A model generated the notes under the pieces. The model was not told the DNA's origin. It ran no database searches and was given only the letters and a program-made list of their open reading frames with translations. Below, piece by piece: positions 10,597-23,856 of a stretch of DNA of 64,000 nt. Origin of the DNA: Octopus sinensis (Eukaryota); NCBI RefSeq assembly GCF_006345805.1, contig NC_043013.1:22444001-22508000 (forward strand). The letters are read 5' to 3'. A program made the translations under genes and the position numbers. Numbering within the stretch: position 1 is the first letter of the stretch; every line of letters begins with the position of its first letter.

Positions 10597-10872
10597 CCTT
10601 AACCACTATGCCATATGCCCGTGGTTAAGAGCGCAGGCTACTAACCCCAAGATTCCAAGTTTGATTCCAGGCAGTGACTTGAATAATAACAATAATAATA
10701 ACATTGAAAAATACCTTAGGAATGAGAACCCAGGTTTGAAATTTCCCCAAGACACCTGATGAAGGCTGGATGGTATTTCAGCCAAAACATTGTGTTAACA
10801 AACAAGATGAGGACAAATATCCGTCAAATGTAAATAATGTACATAATTCCTCATCCCTTAAATATAGAACTG
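10597..10872 (+). mobile_element. tRNA-headed, hammerhead-containing short element
   Basis: gtggttaagagc...ctactaa...gtttgattcc (tRNA A/B boxes), then (AAT)n, then acac CTGATGA aggctg...cagcc AAAAC ATT gtgt (10752-10795, degenerate core), then tail ...aatatagaactg; short inverted head at 10597-10620. Confidence 0.8.
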
Positions 10873-11643
10873 TATCAGCAAGTATATCCAGCCCTTTGCA
10901 AACCATTCTTTTCCAGTAATAAATCAACATTCCATACTTGTAGTGAATTAAATCCCAGCAATTGTCTCATTTCAGTTACTTGCAGATGAGATAGCACCAT
11001 AATGGTTCAACAAGAAGGTACCTATTGTCTTTAAAATACAATTCAGGATTTCTCTAAAATCCTTTTGCCATTCTAAAACCAAAGCAAAACCAGCTCTGGC
11101 AAGTATAATTCTGCAGGAATGGTAAGGCTCACCAAGAGGGACCACAGAATAGTGAAATGCATCATGTCTTGGAACTACAGCAAAAATAACAGCAGAGCTA
11201 ACACTTGAAATTGTTCATAAGCTCCATAATGCAAAATAGCACAGGATGACGAGAATTGCCAATCTCTCCTGTCCCCTATTAATACTGGTAAGGGGAAAAA
11301 ATAGTGTCTAGACTATCAGAAATGGTCAATGGTTAAATAGAAGACTATGATCTCTAAGGAATCCTTATTTACCGGTTTCCTCATTTTGAGTTTATGTTGG
11401 GTGACAGTCCCACAAAAACCTTCAAATCTGTTTGGCTTCCATTGTGAAACTTGGAAGTGACTCTCTAATGATTTGGGAAGCTTCCATGTTAATTTAATTT
11501 GAGAATTGCATTATGCTCAATTATTTGTGAAAACTGTGCCTGTTTGCCATCGTGTAAGTCTTTGGAAAGAAACAAACAAGATGAGGACAAATATCAATGA
11601 AATGTAAATAATGAACAAACAAAACAAATTGCATTTTTAAAAA

Positions 11644-14600
11644 TTTATTTAAATAATTTAAAATGTTTCCCACTGAACTGAGGAGAGACACAGACAACAA
11701 AAATTAAATCATAAAATGTTGCCAAATCTATAAACAAAGAGATTACTGCTGACCTAAGTTGATGAACATGCAAATGAAAATACAGAATGAATGCCATTTA
11801 AACGAGTGTCACATAAGTTTCCGTTTGAAGGAGACGGAAAGTACAATGGAAGGGAGATGGTTGCAGTTTGGGAAAGCAAATAAATGGATGAAACACAGGT
11901 AAAACACACCCAAAAAAAGAAAATAATAATAATACTCAGCAGCGTGTACATTATACAAAATTCATACAGCAACATTTAATACTGTTGTATACATTGAATG
12001 GTAAGACTGCCTTCCTGAAGACACCCTCCCTGCTCATATGGATTTCAGGACTTTTACTAACAGAACAGACAAACTACCAGGCAGTATGGCTCTCCAATAT
12101 TTCAGGAGAGGTTTTGGTTTTCTTTAACGTTATGGTACAACTTATCATGAAAGGAAAAATAAATAATTGGAATCGATGACTTTTTTTTGTGCATAAAAAA
12201 AAAAAAATGTCTGTAGTAGAGAGGTCACAGAAAACCAGATATTGCAGGTTTACCCTAAGAATAATACTGATTACAAGGTTCATGCAGAGGGTTGTATCTC
12301 TTAAGAATGGAGAATATTTGTGATCAGCAGATCAAATATACAAGAGTAAAAAGAAAGAAGCAGATCAAGGTTAAGAAATGAAATAAAATATTGATAAAAC
12401 TGTCAAAGGGTTGTACATCTGTATACAATAAACAAACTGTGTATAGATTAAATTGGCGGGAAAGAAAAAAAAGTTGTTGTTTTTTTTAATGCCAATCTTT
12501 TCAAATCAGCCTAAAGGCTAGAAAATTTTCAATTTGAACATTTCAAAAACTATTTTTTTTAATATTCTGAAAGACTACCAGAAAAATGTTAAATTTCAAG
12601 TAAGGTTGCTTACAAGATTAGGGACGGTATCTTCATCAAGGACACTAGTGAATCCATTAAACTTGAATATATTTAACAGGGAGAGAAGAGGAAAAAGTGG
12701 GGGAGGGAAAAAAAAAAACAAGACCAGGAGAGGGGCACTTAATTTTCTTTCTTACAATTTTCTGTAATTTATTCCCAGTATTTTGTTTATTTTGTTGATC
12801 TAGAGACAAAGGCAAATGTAGGCCTTCAGCAGAAATAGCCAAGCACACCTTTGGAATATGAGATCCTAAAGAGCTTCAGCTAATTGTTCCTTAAGGCTTA
12901 AAACATCTTTTACTCTATTATTCCATTTGTAGAATAAATAACAATAACATTAGTAACAAAATTAGTTACAAACACTTTTGGTGATATTTCACCATTCATA
13001 AAACATCTTTCACCCACAACGAACTTTCATATTTTTCTTCCACTCAACTGTAAATCTGAGATGCTATAATTATTGAAAATGTACTTAATATTTCAATGAC
13101 GTCTTCTTACTGCTATTAATTCTAGCATTAGAGAGGCACCTATTATACAGAAAGTTGAGTAAATACCTTGTAGATGAAAAAAAAAACCAAAAAACAAGGC
13201 AATACCAGTTGTCAGGTTTGAACTTCTGACCAATGGGTCCAGAAACACTACATCACACTGATAGTAAATCTAAACAGTTTGACAACCACATCCTGGTAAC
13301 ATTGTAAAGCTACATTAGTCAGTTACCTCCTTAGAAAGTGTGTGAATCCAAGAAATAGTCTCCACACACATCTTACAAAGAACACAGCTGATACTCTTTT
13401 GAAAATAAGAAAACACAAACATGTCATAAAATACTGTTCTAAAGGTTGGCCATTTTGTTTGACAGGGTTAGAAGCAAGCCGAAAGGGCCTCCCCACCCTT
13501 ATAAATTATTAAATGTCAGCATTTGAAGATCTCAAATCTGCATTGAAAAGCTTCACTTTATTTACTGGTAAATATCAATGTTTAGATTTGAATTCCAAAA
13601 CGAAGCAAAGTAAATTGTTTTTTTCACAAGAGAGAGAGAGAGACACCTGTGGGTTGCTTGACTAACATCAACAAAACAGTGAAATATTAAAAGTGAATAT
13701 GTCTGGAAAATAATAAAAATATAAAAGTATCACCATTAAATGAACTGAGACAAAAAAAAAGGGGGGGGGTAATTTGTGTTCTTATCCAGTTGGACGGAAA
13801 AAATGTTTTTCTTTAACTTCATTTTGGCACAGAGCATGGCGGAACACACGGAAATACTAAAACCATACAAGGTTAGAATTTAAATCAATAACAATTTACT
13901 AATTTACAAAGTATCAGCTTTTTGTTGCCAGATATATTTATATAAAAAAATAAAATGCAATCTATGAAATATGACAGAACAATATGAAACAAATGTTCCT
14001 GAAAGAATGGAACAGTAAGAACCTTGAATATCAAGAGAATAAAAATCTCGTTTAATTATTCCTTGGCCCTAGTTGAAGTAGAAATTATCCAAGCCCCATT
14101 CTTTAAAAGAAACTAGAAAAAAGATATCAACACACAACCCTATTCTTGTTTTTCCCATTGCGGCAGGCCTTTAATGAAGCCTCAACTTTCAGGGACATCT
14201 AGAATTTGATCAGATTTTCTTTCTCTTGAAATTTAAAAGAAAAACTAAAAGTTAAAAATATTTTTAAATGTTTCTTTCACTGTTCAAAAGAAAGATTAGT
14301 TGAAATATCAAAATGGTGAGATGATATCCTTTCTCTAAGTCAAACAATTTTAGTGCATCACAGACATCTGTTTCCACACCATTTATACTTGCTAAGAACT
14401 ATGTTTTTCTAAATACTTACAGTAAAACCTCAACTAAGTCAATTTCCATGGAACTCAGAATCTACAACACAACAAATGGTTCAATTACAATAATATAAAA
14501 CACAAACATATCTCCAAAGATCTGCCTTAATAAAAAAAAAGGGGGAGGGGTAATTAATTGGTTTCACATAAGAATTGGCAGTTAACCAGGAGAATATTAC

Positions 14601-15086
14601 AAGAAATCTTACTCTACAATTAAGGACATTCCAAAACGAACACTTGCAATTTCATGCTTCACAATATTGGTAACTAACTCCAAAACTACTCTATTTGGGA
14701 AAATAGATTATATATACACATATTATTACAGGTTTCAAATTTTTTGCTTCATAATAGCTACTCCTCAAAGAAAAATGTACATGAATTCTGACTCAAGTGA
14801 ATTACAGAAAAGATACAGACTAGATGAGAAAACAAAAAAAGAAACCCCATTATGAGCCCAAATTCCACTGGCCAGCAGGGACAGAATGGTTTGATATCAC
14901 AAAAGAATCCAGACACTGGTTTAAAGCAAAGTATAAAATACAGCTCTTGAAAGATTAGGCAAAAACAGCCCAATAACAAAAGGAAGGAACCAAGAATTTG
15001 GCACTGCCTTCTCGTTCTGGTTCCATTTTGATAGATAACTTTTATCAGCAAGCTATTTAAGAAATACAGCAATTTTGTTCAATGGG

Positions 15087-15120
<34 letters not shown>

Positions 15121-15128
15121 TCCATTTG

Positions 15129-15174
<46 letters not shown>

Positions 15175-15814
15175 AAGGAAAATATTTTGAAAATATTTCT
15201 ATTCAATGACTTCTTCCTTTGATTTAAAATTCAAGTTATCTCAATCCCAACAAGGAATTTAATAATCAGACATGCAACTGCAAGTTCTAAAATTTCAACT
15301 TACATTAGGGGGAAATGGCAACAAGAAATTGTCAGGCTTATGGAGACAGATCTAATGAATGCAGGCACTTTATAAACAGTCCATGGCAGAGTCTGGGCAT
15401 TGATTGTCTATTTTATGTGAACACTAATTGTTGTGCTGGTACCTAGTTGTGAGAGTTACATGGAATTAGATTAAAATGTATCAAAAAGATATAGAGGCTG
15501 GGATGAGAGGAGATTTCTTCAGTATACGCAAGAGATTGTTGTTCTTTATCATCACAAATTAATACTGGCTCAGGATTGAGTCAATGAGTCGTGTGCTCAA
15601 TAGACAGGATAATACTTTGAAGCTGTCCTCCAAAGATGAAAGTTTCAATTCATCTGGGAACAGGAAACTGTTGGTTCATACAAAAGGGATAGCAGCAGTA
15701 AATTGGATTTTGATTCCAAAGAAATCAGAAGACTAGGAATTAGGCAGTTGGATTGGGGGAAAAAATTCTTCTGATATTTTTAGGGAGGTAAGAAAAAGGA
15801 AGGAATCATTTGGA
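11644..15814 (-). other. Probable ~4.2 kb 3'UTR of the BTBD1/2 gene
   Basis: Unique AT-rich sequence after the stop codon with no recognisable TE; AATAAA on the minus strand at 11644-11649, where repeats resume. Confidence 0.5.
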
Positions 15815-15973
15815 CTATGTGTAAAATATAATCTCTGGAATCTGACCGTCTTCTATAGATGTGCCATTGTTATTGCCAGTTGCATAGGTGAACTGAAAAG
15901 TAACTTTGCCACTTGAAACAGTTTCGTGAGTTACTCGGCGCAGACCTCGGGAGCCATAATAAGAATCAGGACC
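15815..15973 (-). CDS. BTBD1/BTBD2: BTBD1/2-like, coding exon 4 (PHR C-terminus and stop)
   Basis: ttaatag acceptor; [52 protein letters not shown]; 159 nt. Confidence 0.95.
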   Translation of the reverse strand, partial: GPDSYYGSRGLRRVTHETVSSGKVTFQFTYATGNNNGTSIEDGQIPEIIFYT

Positions 15974-16805
15974 CTATTAAAAGAAAAAACAAACAAAGGT
16001 GTCTTTTTTTTTTTAAAACAAAAAATGTCTTTTTTACAGGTAATAAAATATTAGAATTTCAGAGATTTATTACATAATTCTAGATTTCAAGTAGGAATGT
16101 AAAGTTAGTTATCTTATAAAATTAAGTGAAATTTGTACAGCAAATATAGTTTGTAGAGTAACACTTAGATACATGTAAAAATCTGTAATTATAAAAATGG
16201 TTTATAAGTTTTGTTAGAACATCTGAGAGTTTAGATGTGTATATACATTTTGTCAATCTTCACAAATTCACAATCCAATAAAAAATAATCAAAAAACATT
16301 GAAAGAAAAAGAGAATCTAAGAATCTCTTGTGATGAGTGTATCTTGATATTACAGCAGTTATGTGTAAACCATTCCTTTCAAATAAGACTTGCAGACAGA
16401 ACCAGGATTGCAATTAAACTAGACATCAGGTCGGCTTTTATGTAACTTTCTATTCCTTCATCTGAAGGAAAATTTATTAAAAAGCAGGGAAACACTGGAA
16501 TTCAAAACGGATCTCATCTTTCTAAAGGAAACAAGTGAAACCAAAGTATTTTAGAGAAGAACAAAACATTTCCTATTTGTTACTCTAGAGAAGTCCCTTC
16601 ATAGGGTCCCATTTTGTAGACTGATGACCTAACAGTAGGTGAGTGGCCTGAGCAAACTGGCTGAACCAAGTACAGAAGCACTGTTTTGCAAGGCAAGTGT
16701 TAGGTGTGGATTGAATGAATGGAAAACGTAACAGGGCTTCACTTGCTCAGTTATTACTCCCAGCAGAATCTACTGAAGAGTTCAAACCTTAAAACACAGC
16801 TAGAC

Positions 16806-17148
16806 CAGGTGTTCTCAACCACTTTTTTTTATCCATGGACCCCTTTGATTACTATTTTATTCTGGTGGACCCCCATAGCCATTTGAAGTTTAAAAACTAG
16901 TTTTATAGAAAATTCTTTCAAAATTCCTATTTCGTTTTTCTCTCATCAACTTGTGTAGGTTGAACAATGTTAAATGTTAGAGAAAGAATCCCAGCTGTTT
17001 CTTGCAATACATACATCTAAAGAAAATTTTTTTCCAGGGGCCCTTAAAATACAATTGTGGATACTTGATTTACCATATTTTATTGCATTGACCCCAAAAT
17101 CTGATATGGACCGTCAGGGGCCAAATGGACCCCAGTTATGAACCACTG
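16806..17148 (+). mobile_element. hAT (Charlie-like) MITE
   Basis: Ends caggtgttctcaac / gttatgaaccactg; imperfect 8-bp TSD agctagac/ggctaaac. Confidence 0.75.
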
Positions 17149-18005
17149 GGCTAAACTAACAGGGCAAAGATCAAAGTGAACCAAATACTCCAATGCCATC
17201 TAAGAAACGGCTTTGCTTAATATGGAGGCAGGAAATATAGAGAAACCTGGTGTTATAGAGCGCAACTAATTGATACACATAAGACTGAGTGGCATCTCTG
17301 ACAGACTCACAGAACAGAAACTTCAAGTGTAAGATGTAGAGGACCACTGCACATGAACAGTAGGTGAAACTTGTTGAGCTCAAGAAGTCCAGCAAAAGGA
17401 TTTAATGACTGTTGATGGAAGAAGGGTAAAACTTCACACTTGGTAATAAGAGATTTCTCTCCAGGTCGAGGCAAACCGTATGATAAAAGAAAGAGTGATA
17501 TTGCACTGAAGTGAGACATAGGCACTGATTTTAAGACCTGGGAAGGATGGAGAGAGATTAGATGAGCCTGGTCTGAGAGTAAAGAAGAAGAAGAACACAA
17601 GTTTTAAAAGATACCTGCAATTAGGATGTAAACTGAATGATGTAAATGGATGAAAGATTAAGGAGTAGAGGGCAAACACAGAAGGAGACTTAGGAGAGGG
17701 ATAAGATGTTTAAGACTAAAGCTGCCCACTCTGGTTAAGATGATGAAAAGCCACGTGGAATGGCAATATGCAGACTAATGCCAGCTTGACAAAATTGGCA
17801 TGAGAAGAGTAAATCATGAGGAATGAGGAAGATTGTACTTCACAGAGGAATTCCTGGCTTCAAAAGAAGTAATACGTACAAGAATATTTAAGTTCAGAAG
17901 TAGCTGGTAATGAAGATCGGTCAGTCTTAGATGAGAGTCGATAGATTTACAAAACTGTAGTTAATGGAATGAAGGTCAGCAAATGATGTAAGCAAAGATC
18001 TTTAA

Positions 18006-18227
18006 CCCTTTTGATACTGTATTTCTATTGAGATGCTCTCTGTTTCTTTAAATTAATTTTGAGTATAACAAAGAATTTAGTAAAATAACTTAGTTATCAT
18101 TCAGCTAATGTTAGGAACATAAATTGTGACTAAGGTTCAGTGGAAGATTTTAATTCAAAACTTATCAAAACAAGACATTTGTACTACAGAGCCAGAGCCG
18201 GTTTCAGCCAGGTTGGTATCAAAAGGG
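18006..18227. mobile_element. piggyBac-like MITE
   Basis: TTAA on both sides; 12-bp TIR cccttttgatac / gtatcaaaaggg. Confidence 0.85.
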
Positions 18228-18910
18228 TTAAGAATTGTTTCTTTGTTATATATTTTAAAGAACAGAATCCATTCCAGCAGAAGAGACAGACCATTACAAT
18301 AAAGAAGGTTCCAAAAATGTTTTCATCAGAAATGGTTTATCTCCAGCAGAATGCTTCCTTTTCAAAGTAATCACAGACGGTAAGACAAAACGGGAGGCAT
18401 GCACTGCTGATATTTAGTTGAAATATTCCATGAATTGAAATATTTAAACTAAATAGCTTTGCCTGTCTTGTGACATTAAAACCTTCTGCTGAGAATTAGA
18501 GTTGCTTTCAAAACCACAAATCCAGATGACCACCCAGTATAATCCTTTTTGTAAAGAATCAATAGCTCAATGGTTGACCAAACTGCTTCAGAATATCTTC
18601 CATGAAACAGATATCTTTAATTCCTATAAACATGACCATTTTTACTGCTTCCCTCAGCTATTAAATTCCGTGTCAGATTTTGGGAGCAAAAACGACATTA
18701 CCATTCTCAAATACATTGTTTGCTTCAAGATAGGGAGTCGAACTGTTATGGGTGAAGAAAAGGGCATTTAGACACTAATATCGTTCTGAAAAAAGAATAT
18801 CAGGAACCAGCTATTGGCCCGTTCTGCTAGAATGGATTCTCCCATTACAGTGTCAGCTACAAAGAAGAGTTAATAATGAGAAAGGAGAAAAAGAAAGATT
18901 TTCTTCTTAC

Positions 18911-19057
18911 TTTTAAAGTGGTGCATGCTGTATAATTGACATTTGGTAACACTTCCAGTGGTTTCTTAAATAAGACTCTGAAGGTTGAAGTAGAGCCATC
19001 ACAGTGGAAAGTGCCGTTATTTTGGCCCAGAACTTTACCTGTGTCGGCATGAAGTAA
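18911..19057 (-). CDS. BTBD1/BTBD2: BTBD1/2-like, coding exon 3 (PHR)
   Basis: LLHADTGKVLGQNNGTFHCDGSTSTFRVLFKKPLEVLPNVNYTACTTLK; 147 nt; gtaaag acceptor and gtaaga donor. Confidence 0.93.
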
Positions 19058-19527
19058 CTTTACAAAAAAAAAAGAAAAAAATACAAAAATAATCACTACA
19101 AGTCACAAATAAGTGAAGTATTATAAAAGAAGTCAGATTCTTCAAAAACTTATGTAAATTTATAGTTTAAATTTGTCTTTTTGTTAGGCACTGATTAATA
19201 ACCATTAATCCATACCCCACCCCCAATTCAAATTAAACCAGAAATGAAGAGGATTACTGTGATACCAACACAATAAAACTGGTTTTTCTCAGTATGACTC
19301 CCTAAACAAGTGGCTCTCAGCCTTTTTAATATCAGTCAGATCCATAAGCTGGATTTTTTTAGGGGACTGTACAGAAAAAGGTAAAATACAAGTCAAAGAA
19401 AAATTATTATTATATTTATAGAGAGAAGACTGCCAGGGCAGCCAGCAGGATGCATGAAGGCCATATTTGTTTGAAGAAGAGCAACCAATGTTGGAACAAA
19501 AAAAAGCCTTCTACATTCAGAAGCCAA

Positions 19528-19677
19528 GAATGTTGCTGAAATTTAGCCCCAGGAGACATCGTCTCCAGCTGGAGAGTGGGGGTGCTAGATGCCCTCATTC
19601 AAAAATATAAGGACACAGATTGTGTCATATAGCCAGCTGGAAACGATGTCTCCTGGGGCTAAATTACAGCAACATTC
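19528..19677. repeat. 45-bp inverted repeat in BTBD intron 2
   Basis: gaatgttgctgaaatttagccccaggagacatcgtctccagctgg versus ccagctggaaacgatgtctcctggggctaaattacagcaacattc. Confidence 0.9.
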
Positions 19678-20187
19678 ATCCTAAACCAGGACTGCCATGT
19701 TATGTTGGCAAACAATCTTTACTCCATTCCTGAAATACTTTACCTAGAACCACACATCTATAATTTTAGGTAACTGTGGGGTAGCATCAATCAAAAGTCA
19801 AAACAATGCAAAGTGCATTGAGACCAGTGATGTATAACAACATCCAATGGTCTGATCAGTCACGTAAATGCTTGTCCATGAATGACTCTGCTCCATCAAC
19901 TTTCTCCCTGCCACTCACATTTCAGCCCCTAACACACAAAAAAACGCACTGGAGCTGGTGCTAGTGTCACAAAAAAGCACTCACTACTACCTATAAAATG
20001 GTTGGTGTTAGGAAGGGCAGCTAGCTGTAGAAACCAAGCTAAAACAAAAGAACCTGGAGTGGCCCCTGGCTTTGCCAACACTTGTCAAACTGTCCAACCC
20101 ATACCAGGCTGAAAAACAGAGGCTGAATTAAGATTATATAAAAACATAAAATGAAAGAAAAATTTAGAAGAGTCAAAAAAATCTTAC

Positions 20188-20275
20188 TTCAATGTTGACT
20201 AAATAATCCGTGGGGCCATGTATACTCCCATAGAGGCCAAACCCAACAACAAAAATTCTTCGGTTCACCATAAAC
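20188..20275 (-). CDS. BTBD1/BTBD2: BTBD1/2-like, coding exon 2 (PHR)
   Basis: ttccag acceptor; (R)[29 protein letters not shown]; gtaaga donor; 88 nt, phase-compatible with exon 1. Confidence 0.95.
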
Positions 20276-20377
20276 CTGGAAAATGGACATCATATGAAAA
20301 ATGTGCTGACCGAATAACGATCAGTTGCAAGGTTTTAGGAGATAGAAAAAAAAAAAAAAGAGAATACGAAGCAAATC

Positions 20378-20425
<48 letters not shown>

Positions 20426-21105
20426 TTGCAAGCGACCCAGAAAAAGAAAAGGCTTTTTATATTGGTTTCTTGGCACAAAGACTCAACATATTTCAACAAT
20501 TCATCTTCTGAAGAATTCTTCTTAAGATGTAAGTTAAAGTTCCCATGTTTACCCTTGCTCTGTCAGGAGTAAGAGTTTATTCACAAAGCCAGAAACTTAA
20601 AGATGAGCGGACAACAAAGCTGCAACTGAGAATCAAAACTAGATCCAAGAATTAGCTAAAAGTGGAAGAGGACACGGTGAGAAGAGGATGATGCTTTTAA
20701 AATAAAGAAGGATGCTCCAGAGAAATAGAAATCTACATTTGTTAGCAATTAAGGTTGTATACAGCTTGTTATGTAGTCAAGATATTTGCTTCCAAAGCGC
20801 ATAGTTTTGGGTTCAATCTCACAGTGCAATGCCTTCTACTACAAGCACCAATCTGACTCCAAAGTCTTATAAGTGGATTTCATAGACAGAAACTGAAAGA
20901 AGCCTCTGTGTGTGTGTGTGCATGCACTTACATTTGCAGCTCTCCAAAAATCTCTGAGCTACAAGTGGTGATGCCATTTTCTGCTGCCAAGTTGTCCACT
21001 GGCTTTGTGCCATCAGAGATCCTTTACTTGAAAGGCGGGTTAAAGTTAGCTACAGGAAGAGCACCTGGCTGTAATACAATGCTCCAATAATAAATTGATC
21101 AAACC

Positions 21106-21349
21106 CAGCAATTCTAAATTTTTTTTTTTTTTTAACCTATGAACCCCTTTGATTAATGTTTTACTCAACTGGACCCTCATAACCATCTGAGGTTTAAAAA
21201 AGTTCAATTAGATGTTTATAATTAAAAATCATTAGGAATTATATGAAAAAAAATTGTTAAATTATTTCGTATATTGCAGAAGTATGACTAATTTACTGCA
21301 CAAATTTTTAACAGCAAAATCTTATATGGACCCCAATTGAGAACCACTG
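21106..21349 (+). mobile_element. hAT MITE (family of 16806)
   Basis: 3' end attgagaaccactg; shared internal gaccccttt/ggaccc motifs; degenerate 8-bp TSD atcaaacc/acctaacc. Confidence 0.6.
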
Positions 21350-22443
21350 ACCTAACCCATGCTGGTATGAAAAAACGAATGTGAGTGTATGTATATAAAC
21401 ATATATATAGACCCATACACTTACACACACACACACACTTGTATGTGTTCATGCCTCCCTTGTCTTGGCATTGTACACTAAGTGTAAACAAACATTCCAG
21501 TTATACAAACAGTGTCACACCTTTGGAATCTTTTGCATGAACGCAGCCAGTCATTGAGCTGCTGGTGTTTAAAAGGATTGATAACAAGGAAGAGTGAGTG
21601 ACAGAAAGAGCATCTGCCTCAGCAAGTTCTGTCAGACTCATGCAAGCATGGGAAAATGGGATGCGAAAACACTGATGGAGCTGATCCTCTGAATTATTTA
21701 CAAAATATATTTTATGAGAAGCAGTCTAACTGGTTCATGAAATGAAAGAGGCTGCCTTAAAGACAAGGTCTTGCTTATCACAAACATATTTGTTATACAT
21801 GGGGATGTAGAACTCATAAACAAAGCTTCACTTGCCAGCTTCCATTGTCCTCACCAACCAAGTACATGGAAGTTGGAAACAATTCAAATGTCTTCATCTG
21901 GTGCCAAATGATTTTATTTCGTTTTTTGTCAGATTTCCCTCGAAACCAGTGAGTTTTTTAATAGGGGCACTGCTGGAGTCTGATGAAGACTGATGTAATA
22001 GAATGAAGAAACAGAGGGGCAAAAAAAGCCCTCAAAACATCTGAATGCATTGAAAGCTAACACTTTTCATATTAAAAAGTAAAAAGCCAAAGGCAATTTT
22101 TTTTAAAAGGTCAGGTGGGGAGGTGGTCAACAAGATTAAAAGCAACATTGGCCAAATTAGGAATCAAAGACTTTTGGCTCTGAAACAAAATTTTCAAAAC
22201 AAAGACCCAACAGTCTGATTTTTACCTTTAATCACTAAAAAACAGGTGCAGTAATAAGTCAATAAAATATAAATACAATTTATTATGGAATGTTTAAAAA
22301 TTGGTTAGAACTCAGTTAATAATTTTGTGGGGGGGGGGTTCCTTATTTAGAATACGGGCAAAAAATCCGAAGTGAATAGAACTAAAGGACCAAAAATATT
22401 AATTCCTAGCATAATCACAAGGGCTCAAATCTTGGATACAGAC

Positions 22444-22691
22444 TCGTGGTTCTTAACTGGGTTCACATATTTTGGGGCTAAAATTTATCCGCAATAAATT
22501 GGCAACACTTTTACAATATTTAAAATTTTTTTTTATACAGTACCTTATAATATTTAATTATAAAAATATAAACGGATTTTTTAAACACTGAATTCCTCCC
22601 AAGGGTCCAGTAGAGTAAATTAAGAATCAAAGAGGTCCGTAGATTTAAAAAAAAAAAAAAAAGTGGGGAGGGGGGGCGTTGAGAATCCCTG
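22444..22691 (-). mobile_element. hAT MITE (family of 16806)
   Basis: Ends tcgtggttcttaac / gttgagaatccctg; TSD atacagac/gtacagac. Confidence 0.7.
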
Positions 22692-23808
22692 GTACAGACG
22701 ATCATGGTGAGGTGGGAAAGGCAAAGTCTACCTAGGTAGGATCCCATCTCAAGAGTGTTAAGAAGACAAAGCTAAATAGGGAAACGCATTTTGGCCGCCA
22801 CCAATCGGTTGAGTCTTCCAATTCACAAACAAAAAATATTGAAAATATTTCAGTGGAAAGAAGGAAAGGGGGGAGGGAGAAAACGAAATGAAAAAAGAAA
22901 CTTGGTCGTTTTATTGGCAAAACAAAGAAATTAAATAATACCAATTTTTAACCAGTGGTCAGCATACGTAAAAAAAAAAGGAAAAAAGAAAAACGTCCGA
23001 GGACTGTAAATTATATATTTATACAAGGAACCCACTTAGCAGCAGTCTCTGCTCTTATTTATATTTAAAAACAAAGGCGAATTTCGATGGCAAATTTGTT
23101 AGTGAAGTGTATGAAACTGATTCAGTCGTAAATAAGCATCGAAATATTGATTTTCGTTTATCACAAACCGTTAACAGAACTGTATCTATGCTAAATGTCT
23201 GCAACATTATCAAGAATGTTATTTTTAGTTATCAGCTTCGCTATTAATTCGACCAGATTCATTATCAGTGCCAACGAAGATGGAATGGAAATAAATCCCA
23301 TTTTAAGAGGGTGTGGTGATTTGAAAAGAAGTCGCAGGGAGAGAAACAAAGAATGTTTCCAGAAAGTGTTCCTTGTTTTTATTATAAATTCTTCAACAGA
23401 AAAAAAAAAAAAAAAGGTCGAAGAAAATCAATTTCTCTTTCTTACGTTTGCTGATGGAAGCAGACAGACATCGATTATAAAAGTGATTGATTAGCCAGAT
23501 TATTTAGTTCTTAAAAGGGAAAATATAGAATGTACTACATACATCTGTGATCGCCATCCAAACTAAGTTTTAAGTCACATATTTTTAAGTGAGAACTCAT
23601 CTTTTAATTGTATTAATCAAAACAGCTTTATTAAAATTATTTTATTTTAAAACAAAAACTCAGAACGAGAAATGGTGAAGAATAAATTCTAAAAAGTTGT
23701 AGCAAAAGTCTTCGCTATTATTTAATTCCATGAGGAATCAGATTTTTTTGTTGTTGTTTTTTCGTGATTTTAAACTAATGTTATATATATATATATAGAG
23801 AGAGAGAG

Positions 23809-23856
23809 AGAAATGCCATCGAATATATATATATATATATATTCGATGGCATTTCT
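23809..23856. repeat. Perfect 48-bp palindrome centred on (TA)n
   Basis: agaaatgccatcgaa(ta)n ttcgatggcatttct. Confidence 0.95.

Noticed and set aside
10620-10680. tRNA gene (also 28040-28112, 46550-46620, 61690-61768)
   Set aside because: No complete acceptor stem or terminator; each continues into a repeated body, so these are SINE-type heads.
16620-16660. CTGATGA followed by a small hairpin
   Set aside because: No GAAA or stem I/III follows; chance match.
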